This document shows positions 15,870 through 24,265 of a stretch of 32,000 nucleotides of DNA, one piece after another. Each line of letters opens with the position of its first letter. Position 1 is the first letter of the stretch. Source of the DNA: Candidatus Micrarchaeum sp. GTDB taxonomy: Archaea > Micrarchaeota > Micrarchaeia > Micrarchaeales > Micrarchaeaceae. The notes under the pieces were generated by a model. The model was not told the origin of the DNA. It made no database searches and saw only the letters and a program-made list of their open reading frames with translations. The stretch lies in the NCBI RefSeq assembly GCF_016806735.1, contig NZ_CP060530.1, positions 600,001-632,000 of the forward strand, in the 5' to 3' direction. A program made the translations under genes and the position numbers.

Positions 15870-17834
15870 TTATTTTAACCTTATGGAATCAAGGTTCATT
15901 GGAGCCCTTGCATCTGCATGTACCAATCTTCCGAGAGTCCTTGCGAGATCCTCGCATTTCTGCTCTTCTCCGTGCATTGTGAATATGTTCTTCGGCTTTG
16001 CGCTCAGCTTCTGCACGAAGCTCATGAGCTGGTGCCTGTCGCTGTGTCCGGAAAAACCTTCAACTGTTTTTATGTTCATGTTGACCTTTATTGGCACAAG
16101 CTTTCCGTTTTCGTCCGGAAGAGGCACTTCGCTGACCCCGTTCTGTATCCTGCGGCCCATGGAGCCTGCGCTGTTGTATCCGACGAATACAAGGGTGTTT
16201 TTAGGATCGTCTGCCAGCCTCTTGAAATATTCCACGCTAGCTCCTCCGTTCATCATTCCTCCGCTAGCGAGTATTATGGAAGGCCCCTTTTCGAAGACCT
16301 CCTCCCTCTCTCCTTTTATAACCTCGAATATGTCGCTTTCGAACGGCGACCTGTTGCTCAGTATCCTGTTCTTGAGGTTCTCCTTCAGGTATTCCGGATA
16401 AGCGGTGTGTATGGCGCTTGCCTCGAGTATCATTCCGTCAAGAAACACCGGAACGTCAAGCTTGTAAGGGCTGTTTTCCCCGGTCAGGTAGCTTTCCAGC
16501 ACCAGCTGCAGCTCTTGGCTTCTTCCGACTGCGAACAGCGGCACCAGAACCTTGCCTCCACCGTCTATGGTCCTCTTTATCGTATCCATAAGGTTCTTTT
16601 CGGCATCGTGCCTGTTTGGGGTTATATCGCTTGGCCCTCCGTATGTGCTCTCTATGAAAAGAGAGTCTATGCGCGGGTAGCGCGTCGATGTCGGGTCGAA
16701 AAGCCTTGTGAAGCCATACTTCATGTCCCCGGTATGCACTATGTTGTACATTCCTTCCCCGACATGCATGTGAACCGTTGAGCTTCCGAGTATGTGGCCT
16801 GCATTGTGGTATGTAAGCTTGAGCTCGTCGGTTATGTTCGTTACCTCATTATAGTCCCTTGTTATTATGTGCGTAAGCATTTTGCGAACGTCCTTCTCCG
16901 AATACAGTGGAGTGGCTCCGCTTCTCTGGACCAGCTTTATGTAGTCATTGAGCAGCAGCGCTGCAAGATCCCTGGTTGGAGGTGTACAGTATACCGGGCC
17001 CTCGTAACCGTACTTGAACAGATACGGTATGAAGCCCATATGGTCCATGTGCCCGTGGGTTACGACTACGGCATCTAGCTCGTTTATCGAGAAGTTGGCG
17101 CTGTCAAGATACGGAAAAGCCTTGTTGTTTTCCGAATTGGCGTTGGCGTCCAGGCCTTTTATTCCAGGCTCAGGGCTTATTCCGCAGTCTATTATTACCT
17201 TCGAATGGGGCGTTTCAAGCAGCAGGCTGCTCCTGCCAACCTCCCTGAAGCCGCCAAGGGCAGTTGCCTTCAGCCATTCGCTTTTCGTTATAACGCGATT
17301 TATGTTCTTTCCTATTGTATTCAGGAACTTTTTCCTAAAATCGCTTTCGTTGAACATGAGCTGTCTGACTCCCTTTATGGTCTCGCTGTCCATAGTTGGG
17401 GTCCTGAGCACTCTGGGAACCCAGCTCGTCTCAGTGGCTATGGCCTTCAGCGTGGAGCCGCCCTTGCCTATGACAAGTCCAGGCTTAAGGGCTTCTATGT
17501 AAACCTCGGCAAAATCCGGAACGAACCTTATGTTGGTAACGTTGGCTTCCTTCGGTATGAGCTGCTTTACCACCTCCATGGCCTTCTCAGGAGCCATAAG
17601 GGATGAATTCTCGCTGCGTATTATGAGCTTTTTCTTTATGGCTGATGCTATGTCGCGCACCAGGTTCTCGTCTTGGTAAACCGCTTTTATGTTCTTGACT
17701 ACGACTATGATGTCAGGGCCCTCGAACTCGGCTTTCGAAAATCCGGCCTCGCTAGGCAACAGCGACTGTATCTTTTTGAAAAGCTCTTCTGATCGCTCTT
17801 TTGATGTATCTTTCTCTGTTTTTTTGTCTTCCAA
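15870..17834 (-). CDS. fttA: aCPSF1 / FttA: KH-domain beta-CASP ribonuclease and archaeal transcription termination factor
   Basis: N-terminal KH-like region, metallo-beta-lactamase motif VVTHGHMDHMG, and beta-CASP motifs (ESTYG, SGHSD, MHGE). The ORF-track start at 17834 is TTG; the first in-frame ATG is codon 80. Confidence 0.95.
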   Translation of the reverse strand: MEDKKTEKDTSKERSEELFKKIQSLLPSEAGFSKAEFEGPDIIVVVKNIKAVYQDENLVRDIASAIKKKLIIRSENSSLMAPEKAMEVVKQLIPKEANVTNIRFVPDFAEVYIEALKPGLVIGKGGSTLKAIATETSWVPRVLRTPTMDSETIKGVRQLMFNESDFRKKFLNTIGKNINRVITKSEWLKATALGGFREVGRSSLLLETPHSKVIIDCGISPEPGIKGLDANANSENNKAFPYLDSANFSINELDAVVVTHGHMDHMGFIPYLFKYGYEGPVYCTPPTRDLAALLLNDYIKLVQRSGATPLYSEKDVRKMLTHIITRDYNEVTNITDELKLTYHNAGHILGSSTVHMHVGEGMYNIVHTGDMKYGFTRLFDPTSTRYPRIDSLFIESTYGGPSDITPNRHDAEKNLMDTIKRTIDGGGKVLVPLFAVGRSQELQLVLESYLTGENSPYKLDVPVFLDGMILEASAIHTAYPEYLKENLKNRILSNRSPFESDIFEVIKGEREEVFEKGPSIILASGGMMNGGASVEYFKRLADDPKNTLVFVGYNSAGSMGRRIQNGVSEVPLPDENGKLVPIKVNMNIKTVEGFSGHSDRHQLMSFVQKLSAKPKNIFTMHGEEQKCEDLARTLGRLVHADARAPMNLDSIRLK

Positions 17835-17901
17835 TAAATCACTTCAGTAAAACAAGTAGCACCCTAATTGATTGCATTCCGAAAGGCTGAATCAGCATGG
17901 C

Positions 17902-18543
17902 TCATTTCTGAGCCGTTGCCTTTTCCAGTTCCTTTCCAGTATACTCTACATACCCGTTGGCTTTTGTTATCGAAGCAACGGTTATGTTGTTTCCAGTGGC
18001 CGAATCGCGCCTCATCGCGATGCTAAGAGCCCTGGCTGCTACCTTTATGCCATCCTTTATTGTCAGCGTAGGCTTGTATGTCTCTTCCAAGTACCCAAGC
18101 GCAGTCAATGAGCCGCTTCCCGTGGATGTGAACTTTTCCTCTGTAAAGCCTCCGAGCGCGTCAAGATTGTAGACGTAGCCCTTGTTGTCATCGTCAACTC
18201 CAGCAACTATGAGCTGCACGTAGAACGGCATCATCTTGTTCTCCTGCAGTATTATCGACAGCAGCGTAGCTGCGGACTTTGGAGACATTGGCCTGCTCTC
18301 GTTCATCTTGTATATCTCGTTCTGTATTTTAAGTATCCTTATTATTTCCTGCGCGTCGCCCACTGCGCCGGCTATTGTCATTGCAAGGTTCGAATCTATA
18401 GACCAGACCTTCCTTGCTTCGGTGCTTGCTATGAACGTATCCATAGTAGCCCTAGAATCGGCTCCAACCACAACTCCGTCAGAGCACACTATCCCTACTG
18501 TAGTCGTTCCCTTCATATATCTTTTCATATCTTTTTCATCCAT
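17902..18543 (-). CDS. psmB: Proteasome subunit beta
   Basis: A short propeptide is followed by the catalytic Thr in G/TTTVGIVCSDGVVVGADSRAT. Length is typical of archaeal PsmB. Confidence 0.95.
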   Translation of the reverse strand: MDEKDMKRYMKGTTTVGIVCSDGVVVGADSRATMDTFIASTEARKVWSIDSNLAMTIAGAVGDAQEIIRILKIQNEIYKMNESRPMSPKSAATLLSIILQENKMMPFYVQLIVAGVDDDNKGYVYNLDALGGFTEEKFTSTGSGSLTALGYLEETYKPTLTIKDGIKVAARALSIAMRRDSATGNNITVASITKANGYVEYTGKELEKATAQK

Positions 18544-18756
18544 AAACTCGCCTCGGTTTAACGCAAACAGATGGGCATTACTGCTTATCCTGCAAAATCA
18601 TTGCCTGCAGGTAAACAAACCCATTGCAAAATTCATCCAAACAAACACACTTGCAGTTATTATGTAAAATAATCAAAGCCGAAAAACAAGGCTCACAAAA
18701 AAACTGGCCATTAAATTTTCATAGGTTAACTATAAAAGGCTTGCTGTGTCGATTTT

Positions 18757-18999
18757 TTATAGCTCTATAACGCTGCCGTTCCCTATGAACTTCTCGGCGC
18801 TGCCGGAAAGCTCTGCGTAGCCGAACGTCCTGTGCATCTTCGTTATCTTTACCTTGTATATGTTGCCAATTCTTGTCTTGGCATGGTTGACGAATATCAC
18901 AAAGTCGCCTACCTTTCCTATGCCTTCGCCCCTGGCGCCCTTGGCCTCCACCTTCAGATCCAGTTCCATCCCTTCTTCTATTGCCCTTTCGTCTACCAT
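18757..18999 (-). CDS. Stand-alone TRAM-domain protein
   Basis: 80 aa. GEGIGKVGDFVIFVNHAKTRIGNIYKVKITKMHRTFGYAEL matches the TRAM beta-barrel pattern common in small archaeal proteins. Confidence 0.7.
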   Translation of the reverse strand: MVDERAIEEGMELDLKVEAKGARGEGIGKVGDFVIFVNHAKTRIGNIYKVKITKMHRTFGYAELSGSAEKFIGNGSVIEL

Positions 19000-19117
19000 T
19001 TTTCCACCCAGATTCTTTTCAGGACGGGTAAAGAGTAACCTCTACACGTCACTTATTCCCATCCATAGTGATATGTGCGTAGAAGATTTAAAAGCTTAAT
19101 CTGCAGCTTTTTGTATT

Positions 19118-19636
19118 TCACTCTTTTTTGCGCATGTGCGGCGAGCCCCGGCGCTTGCGGCCGGGCACGGCAGGCTTTGCCTTTGCTTGGCCTGCTTTGC
19201 CTGAAATGTCTTTGTATGTTACTATCTTGTATAGAGCATAGGCGCTTATAAGCGTAAGTATTATCATGACCCACAGGGATCCGTACCTGTAGCTGTTAAG
19301 ATGCGCTATCTGCTGCTGCGTGTCGTTGTCGGCCATTGCCAGCAGCGTTGTCGCCAGGCCAGGATCTTCCTTTGCTATGCTTTTGGCCTTGGCTAAGTAA
19401 GAATACGGCTTTGCAAGATTCGGGTAGAAGATGAGATAGCTGCTCCTGTTGGCTATGCTTAGCAGTGCCTCAGTCTTGTTTATGCTAACGTTTATGCTGT
19501 TGCCGTTTAGAGAGGGCGTAGCCTGCTGCAGGCTTATCCCGAGCCTTGAGTTGTAATACGCCCCGTAGGCCAGCAATACCGCGCCCAGAATAAAAAGGGC
19601 AAGCGATATTGTTGCTACGGTTTTCTTCTCTACCAT
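19118..19636 (-). CDS. Bitopic membrane protein of unknown function with a basic C-terminal tail
   Basis: ATG 19636 lies 4 nt after the TFB stop. TM helices are near both the N- and C-termini, and the tail is KAKPAVPGRKRRGSPHMRKKE. Confidence 0.6.
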   Translation of the reverse strand: MVEKKTVATISLALFILGAVLLAYGAYYNSRLGISLQQATPSLNGNSINVSINKTEALLSIANRSSYLIFYPNLAKPYSYLAKAKSIAKEDPGLATTLLAMADNDTQQQIAHLNSYRYGSLWVMIILTLISAYALYKIVTYKDISGKAGQAKAKPAVPGRKRRGSPHMRKKE

Positions 19637-19640
19637 GGCA

Positions 19641-20756
19641 TCATAGGTTTACGTCTATGTTAAGCTGTTCCTTGAGCTCGCGGTATCTGTTTCTTATCGT
19701 GACTTCCGTGACTCCTGCAACATCCGCCACTTCCTTCTGCGTCCTGCGCTCGCCCGCAAGGGCGCCTGCAATGTATACAGCCGCAGCACTCACGCCTGTT
19801 GGGCTCCTTCCGGAGACCAGGCCCTTCTTCATCGCGTCGTGGAGCAGCTCCACAGCCTTCTCCTGTGCTTCGCCGCTGAGCTTGAGCGCGTTGACATACC
19901 TTGGCACATAGCTGACCGGATCTGTAAGCGGTATCTTCAGGCCGAGCTCGTGCGATATGGCCCTGTAAGCCCTCCCTATCTCCTTCTTAGGCAGCCCGGA
20001 TATGTTTGCTATTTCGTCCAGAGTCCTCGGCATTCCAGCTTTTCTGCATGCTGCGTATATTACAGCCTGCACAACAGTCTCTATAGGCCTTCCCCTTATG
20101 AGGTTGTTCTGCACGCACTTCCTGTACAGAAGCGCTGCGTTCTCCCTTATGTTCTCGGGAAGCCCTAGGTAGCTCGAGACCCTGTTCAGCTCAGGAAGAG
20201 CTATCAGGTAGTTCCTCTCGCTTGAGCTGGCTATGCTTGCCCTCTTGTGCCACTTCCTCATCCTGTAAAGCTGGGCCTGCCTCTTTGACGGGATTCTGAC
20301 TCCCCTTATGTCTTTGTTGTAAAGGTCTATTTCCGTGACAAGGCCCTTGTTAGGCCTGGTATACTTCATTGGCGCTCCAGTCCTTGCCCTGGAGTTTCTC
20401 TGGTCGGAGTCAAATGCCCTCCATTCCGGTCCGGTGTCCGTTATATTTTCCTCTATCACAAGGCCGCAGTTGTTGCATACGAGCTCTCCCCTCTCAGTAT
20501 CGTATATTAAATCGGTGCTTCCGCAGCTCGGGCACACTTTGCTTATCTCCGCCATTGCCGATGAGTGCTGGCTTGGCTGTGCAGGAACTATCTGGTTCTT
20601 TTGCTTCTGCACTTTTGCCTCCTGCGACCCGTTGTCTACATTCAGCTTGTTATTTGTTATCGTTATTTTCTTCACGTTCTGGGACTTGTTCGCACTTCCG
20701 GAATTCTTCTCGGTTTTCTTATTTTTGCTATTTGGCATTCTATCTACCTTGTTCAA
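19641..20756 (-). CDS. tfb: Transcription initiation factor IIB (TFB)
   Basis: Zn-ribbon CPSCGS...CNNCG, followed by two cyclin-like repeats. The ATG at 20555 would give a canonical 304 aa protein. The ATG at 20756 adds a 67-aa K/N/Q-rich extension. Confidence 0.95.
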   Translation of the reverse strand: MNKVDRMPNSKNKKTEKNSGSANKSQNVKKITITNNKLNVDNGSQEAKVQKQKNQIVPAQPSQHSSAMAEISKVCPSCGSTDLIYDTERGELVCNNCGLVIEENITDTGPEWRAFDSDQRNSRARTGAPMKYTRPNKGLVTEIDLYNKDIRGVRIPSKRQAQLYRMRKWHKRASIASSSERNYLIALPELNRVSSYLGLPENIRENAALLYRKCVQNNLIRGRPIETVVQAVIYAACRKAGMPRTLDEIANISGLPKKEIGRAYRAISHELGLKIPLTDPVSYVPRYVNALKLSGEAQEKAVELLHDAMKKGLVSGRSPTGVSAAAVYIAGALAGERRTQKEVADVAGVTEVTIRNRYRELKEQLNIDVNL

Positions 20757-21041
20757 GCGCTTTTGTACTTTTTATCTCGAAAGATTTAACCTCCGTGTCG
20801 TTTCACCATACAAATAGGCTTTTAAAGCTTTCTAAAAAAAGCAATATTATACTGCTAGAATAGATATTTAAATCTTTCTATAAGGTTGCGTAGTCCGGAT
20901 TACATTTTGTTGCGCAGGTAAAAAGCCGTTATAAAGCGTAGCTCAGGATGGGCGCAGCTTATTCGGCAATACGCTTCCATTAAAGGCAGTTTTACGGAAA
21001 CTATTTAAAACTTTAATTGAGAAGGATATCAGGTGATCAGA

Positions 21042-21332
21042 ATGCGTGTTTCGGAAATGTACAACCTCGACATATACAGCGACAACGGGCAGTACCTTGG
21101 CGAAGTCAAGGATGCGATAGTGGACCTTGAGAGGGGAGAGGTAAGCAGAATAATGATGGAGGAATGGAAGAATGCAAGCGAAGACGAAGTCAGGCGCATG
21201 CTCCAGCAAAAAAGCATACTTTTCAAGAACATAAAGAACATAGGCGACGTTGTGCTCGTTTCTGCGGTAAGCGGAGCGGCTAAGAACAGCCCATCTTCAA
21301 GCGTAGAACTTTCGGATTTGGCCAACAGATGA
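21042..21332 (+). CDS. PRC-barrel domain protein
   Basis: MRVSEMYNLDIYSDNGQYLGEVKDAIVDLERGEVSRI fits the PRC-barrel pattern. AGGTGA lies 5 nt upstream of ATG 21042. The ORF-track start at 21033 is the GTG inside that Shine-Dalgarno-like element. Confidence 0.6.
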   Translation: MRVSEMYNLDIYSDNGQYLGEVKDAIVDLERGEVSRIMMEEWKNASEDEVRRMLQQKSILFKNIKNIGDVVLVSAVSGAAKNSPSSSVELSDLANR

Positions 21333-21439
21333 GTTTGGCCGTTTTCCTTTCGGAATTGTGATCTTTTTCTTTTCGATTTTCAGTTTTTGAATTAAATAAA
21401 AATCCCACGCTGTTTATTTGCGGGAGATGCTACAAATCC
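21333..21439. terminator. Convergent intergenic region with oligo-T tracts on both strands
   Basis: The plus strand reads TTTTCCTTTC...CTTTTTCTTTTCGATTTTCAGTTTTTG. The minus strand reads GGGATTTTTATTTAATT. Oligo-T runs are the known archaeal intrinsic termination signal. Confidence 0.4.
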
Positions 21440-22105
21440 TTATTTGTTTGCGAATTTTGCCACTATCTGCTTTACGAGATTGACAACTTTTTCTTCGTTT
21501 TCCTCTTTCGTAACTCCAGGTTTTACCGGATTGTATGAGTGATTAGCATTTGGCACTACGTGTATGGCATAATTGGCAAATATCGGAGGCGTATCCTTTA
21601 CGTTCCACATAGGGTCGGAGTCTCCAATTATAAACTCCACAGGCAGTGACGCCCCCTCAAGATGCTTATGGGAAAATTCGTGCCTTATGTCATTTGGCCT
21701 GTTCATTTCATGCATTGGATAACCCATAGATATGACGCCCTTAACACCAAGATCCTTCCTGCCGGCAAAAAGCGTGGCTATGTAGCCACCGAGGGATTTG
21801 CCAACTATCACGACATCTTTTGATCCCATGTGCCTTATGCATGCTTCAAGTTCTCCTTTGCTCTTATCGAAATCCATTTTCTGCTCATCGGTTCCTCCAA
21901 CAAAAGAAAAATTAAACCTTAAAACAGAGTACTCGGCACTTAATGCATCGAACAGCTTTTGCATGAGGCTGTAGTGCATATCGATACTGCTCCCGTGCGC
22001 CAATATTATGTTAAGTTTTGAGCCTTCCCTTATGGCAGTATCAATTTCTATGTTTTTGTCACCAACTTTTATACTGCCTTCCGTTTCAATCACCAAAGCA
22101 GCCAA
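21440..22105 (-). CDS. Alpha/beta-fold hydrolase (dienelactone-hydrolase/COG3571-like)
   Basis: HG oxyanion motif (IILAHGSS) and nucleophile elbow GKSLGG. Position 22105 is TTG. The first in-frame ATG (codon 43) would delete the HG motif. Confidence 0.75.
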   Translation of the reverse strand: MAALVIETEGSIKVGDKNIEIDTAIREGSKLNIILAHGSSIDMHYSLMQKLFDALSAEYSVLRFNFSFVGGTDEQKMDFDKSKGELEACIRHMGSKDVVIVGKSLGGYIATLFAGRKDLGVKGVISMGYPMHEMNRPNDIRHEFSHKHLEGASLPVEFIIGDSDPMWNVKDTPPIFANYAIHVVPNANHSYNPVKPGVTKEENEEKVVNLVKQIVAKFANK

Positions 22106-22148
22106 ACCATTTTTAATGTGTAATCATGGCATCTGACTATCGCAGCGC

Positions 22149-22688
22149 TTATTTCAGCACCTGCGGGAGCTTTATACCGCGCTGGCCCTTGTAGAAGCCG
22201 GCATAGGTATTGCCAGTCTTGTTCTGCAGCTTGACGAATATTATATGGGCGAATCTCTGTTTTGGCCTCAGCTTTATTGCATATGGGGCGTTGTTTATCA
22301 CTTCGAGCGTTATCGTTCCCTTGAACCCGGCGTCAATTATCGTGGGCGGCATTGAAAGGCCGTGCCTGGCCCATGTGCTTCTCAGCTCGACAAACCCGGC
22401 CACGTCGTCCGGAACTTCCATGTATTCTGAAGTGGTTAGCAGAACCTGCTCCCTTGATGCTATAACCATTTCCTTGACGTTTCGCTTTATCTTGAAGCAT
22501 TTTTTAATATCTTCATTGCTTGACATCGGATCCATGACGAAATCGCTGCCCATGTCCTTGTGGTGCGCTATTTCTGAGGCTAAGCGCATGTCTATCCCGT
22601 TCTCGCGCACCATGTCGTTGTAAAAAGGCCTTATGATGAGCCTTTTCATCTGTATCATGCCGTTTATGTCATAGTCTGAAAGTATCAA
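22149..22688 (-). CDS. dcd: dCTP deaminase (possibly bifunctional DCD-DUT type)
   Basis: A TTG start yields MILSDYDI...KRLIIRPF, which matches the canonical archaeal Dcd N-terminus. Length 179 aa. Confidence 0.9.
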   Translation of the reverse strand: MILSDYDINGMIQMKRLIIRPFYNDMVRENGIDMRLASEIAHHKDMGSDFVMDPMSSNEDIKKCFKIKRNVKEMVIASREQVLLTTSEYMEVPDDVAGFVELRSTWARHGLSMPPTIIDAGFKGTITLEVINNAPYAIKLRPKQRFAHIIFVKLQNKTGNTYAGFYKGQRGIKLPQVLK

Positions 22689-22714
22689 ACAAACACCATG
22701 AAATCTTTTTTAAA

Positions 22715-22746
22715 AAGGCATATATAATTATCTTTATTAAATAATC
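22715..22746. promoter_or_regulatory. Divergent TATA-box region for dcd (minus) and tRNA-Glu (plus)
   Basis: TTTATTAAATAA at 22734-22745 is centred about 27 nt upstream of tRNA position 1. CATATATAATTA at 22720-22731 lies about 35 nt upstream of the dcd start on the other strand. Confidence 0.45.
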
Positions 22747-22766
22747 GCTTGTTAATAGAAAGGCGA

Positions 22767-22841
22767 GCTCCCATCGTCTAGCCCGGCCAAGGACACGGGG
22801 CTTTCAACCCTGTAACACGAGTTCAAATCTCGTTGGGAGCA
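22767..22841 (+). tRNA. tRNA-Glu (anticodon UUC)
   Basis: Hand-folded cloverleaf. Acceptor GCTCCCA/TGGGAGC, D stem GTCT/GGAC, anticodon stem CGGGG/CCCTG with loop CTTTCAA, T stem ACGAG/CTCGT with loop TTCAAAT, and discriminator A. No encoded CCA. Confidence 0.9.
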
Positions 22842-22875
22842 CTTATTTATAATTTCCAGGAGTTAAATATAAGGA

Positions 22876-23484
22876 ATGGAATACGTATATAGCAAGGATA
22901 GGATAAAATATGTAGGCAAAAAGCTAACCGTGCTTGACAAGTTGGTGATTGACTTTTTATCACACATTGATTCTGACTATGTCATAGTAAGCGGTTACAT
23001 TGCAATACTTTTCGGCATGGATAGACATACCGAAGATATAGATATTTTTATAAAGCCCATGAACTTGAAGGATTTCTCAAGTTTATTCAATAAGATAACT
23101 CATTCGGAAAAATATTATTGCATAAACGCCGAAGGTGCTAAGGACGCGTATGAAATCCTTAATGAAAAAAGCTCAATACGATTCGCAGAGAAAGATACCT
23201 TTGATCCGAATTTTGAAATAAAATTCCCCCAAAACGAGCTTAACTGGTACGCTTTAAACAACAGCATAGTTGTTGATATGGGAAAGAGCAGAATAAGAAT
23301 AAGCCCCATAGAACTGCAGATAGCTTACAAACTTTACTTAGGAAGCGACAAGGATTATGAGGATGCGGCACATTTATACACGATATTCAGGGAAAACATA
23401 AACAATAAGGAATTAGAGAACTTCATAAAAAAGTTAGATATAAAAACAGGAGTAGTCAAAAGAGTATTAGGTAATGGGATATGA
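22876..23484 (+). CDS. Putative minimal nucleotidyltransferase-fold protein (AbiEii-like motif)
   Basis: VSGYIAILFGMDRHTEDIDIFI fits the G-x(9-13)-D-x-D NTase signature (compare GGTA..L..g.R.S.DIDF of AbiEii-type proteins). ATG at 22876. Confidence 0.5.
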   Translation: MEYVYSKDRIKYVGKKLTVLDKLVIDFLSHIDSDYVIVSGYIAILFGMDRHTEDIDIFIKPMNLKDFSSLFNKITHSEKYYCINAEGAKDAYEILNEKSSIRFAEKDTFDPNFEIKFPQNELNWYALNNSIVVDMGKSRIRISPIELQIAYKLYLGSDKDYEDAAHLYTIFRENINNKELENFIKKLDIKTGVVKRVLGNGI

Positions 23485-23678
23485 AAAAAAGCAGTCTGCT
23501 TATAGAGTTGGCAAAAGAAAAAAAGCGCAATGCAGACGACAACCTAAAGTTCGTAAAGCTTCGTGCCGAATGGATAAAAAGGAAAAGCAACAAGGACTGG
23601 AGCAAGCGCCAGAAATCTATAATCGACAGTTTATATAAGTCAAACAGGAAACTGAAGCTAAAAAGAGCAAAGGCGTAG
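23481..23678 (+). CDS. Small highly basic protein (65 aa, K/R-rich)
   Basis: The start overlaps the upstream stop as ATGA. The composition is helical and Lys/Arg-rich. No recognisable domain. Confidence 0.4.
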   Translation: MKKSSLLIELAKEKKRNADDNLKFVKLRAEWIKRKSNKDWSKRQKSIIDSLYKSNRKLKLKRAKA

Positions 23679-23859
23679 CGATGGCTACGATACTGTAGAG
23701 CTGGCTTAATCCCGTTGAAAGCATCTGATATTTGGGTTATATAGAAGCATAAATGATCGCTGTATTCGCTTTATCTGCATTGCAATGGCCACCAGATCAG
23801 AAACAGCGTATTATAAATATATCGTATTTTTAAGCTGTATCAAGCCAGAGGGTGGTTTT

Positions 23860-24150
23860 ATGGAAAAGTTTCGTTCGAAAAACACGTCTGCCTTAAATGA
23901 TGATAGCAATGCAGTATCAGCAACTCAGAAACCTGCAGTGCTAACGCTTAGGAAAGAGGGAGTAAAATCAAGGGATTCGGCTTCTACAAGGGTAACCAGC
24001 GGAGTGGTCGCAGGCATTTTATGCACAGCCGGGCTGTTGTCACTTGCGGATGGAGCCCTGGAAGGAACCGGAGGCCTTACGAAAGTTGTCATAGGGGGCA
24101 CTTCCATGCTTTTCGGCCTCGTCATAGCAATTATTCCGCACCATGATTAA
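23860..24150 (+). CDS. Hypothetical small protein with C-terminal hydrophobic helices
   Basis: ATG 23860 is preceded by GAGGGTGG. Two C-terminal hydrophobic segments (GVVAGILCTAGLLSLA and SMLFGLVIAIIP). Confidence 0.4.
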   Translation: MEKFRSKNTSALNDDSNAVSATQKPAVLTLRKEGVKSRDSASTRVTSGVVAGILCTAGLLSLADGALEGTGGLTKVVIGGTSMLFGLVIAIIPHHD

Positions 24151-24265
24151 ACTTGCAATGGCTTTGTGTTCCTTTTTGATGTCCTAAAAGCAGTTGATGG
24201 ATAACTCCTTGGATTGACTGTTGCGTTTAGTAGTGGGCACGATCCCTATTTTGCATTCTTGATAC

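Noticed and set aside
15676-16781. Long plus-strand ORFs (241 aa and 287 aa) and other ORFs antisense to aCPSF1
   Set aside because: They lie entirely inside the strongly conserved minus-strand aCPSF1 gene. They have Ser/Leu/Cys-rich, shadow-like composition and no motifs, so they are antisense-frame artefacts.
18544-18756. A 213-nt intergenic region upstream of psmB, with a CCTGCA...TGCAGG hairpin (about 18589-18611) and A/T runs; considered as a possible ncRNA
   Set aside because: There is only a 6-bp stem and no recognisable RNA family signature. It is more simply explained as TRAM terminator oligo-T tracts plus the psmB promoter and 5' UTR.
20934-20976. tRNA-like string GCGTAGCTCAGG and a 7-bp stem (AAGCGTA/TACGCTT) in the TFB/PRC-barrel divergent intergenic region
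   Set aside because: No cloverleaf can be drawn: the D-stem partner is missing and the element is too short. No C/D-box motifs are present. It may be a simple hairpin or promoter-proximal element, but I cannot support an RNA gene.
20943-21325. Minus-strand ORFs (88 aa and 98 aa) across the PRC-barrel gene
   Set aside because: The plus-strand frame has a PRC-barrel-like sequence and a Shine-Dalgarno-like AGGTGA before its ATG. The minus-strand frames have neither.
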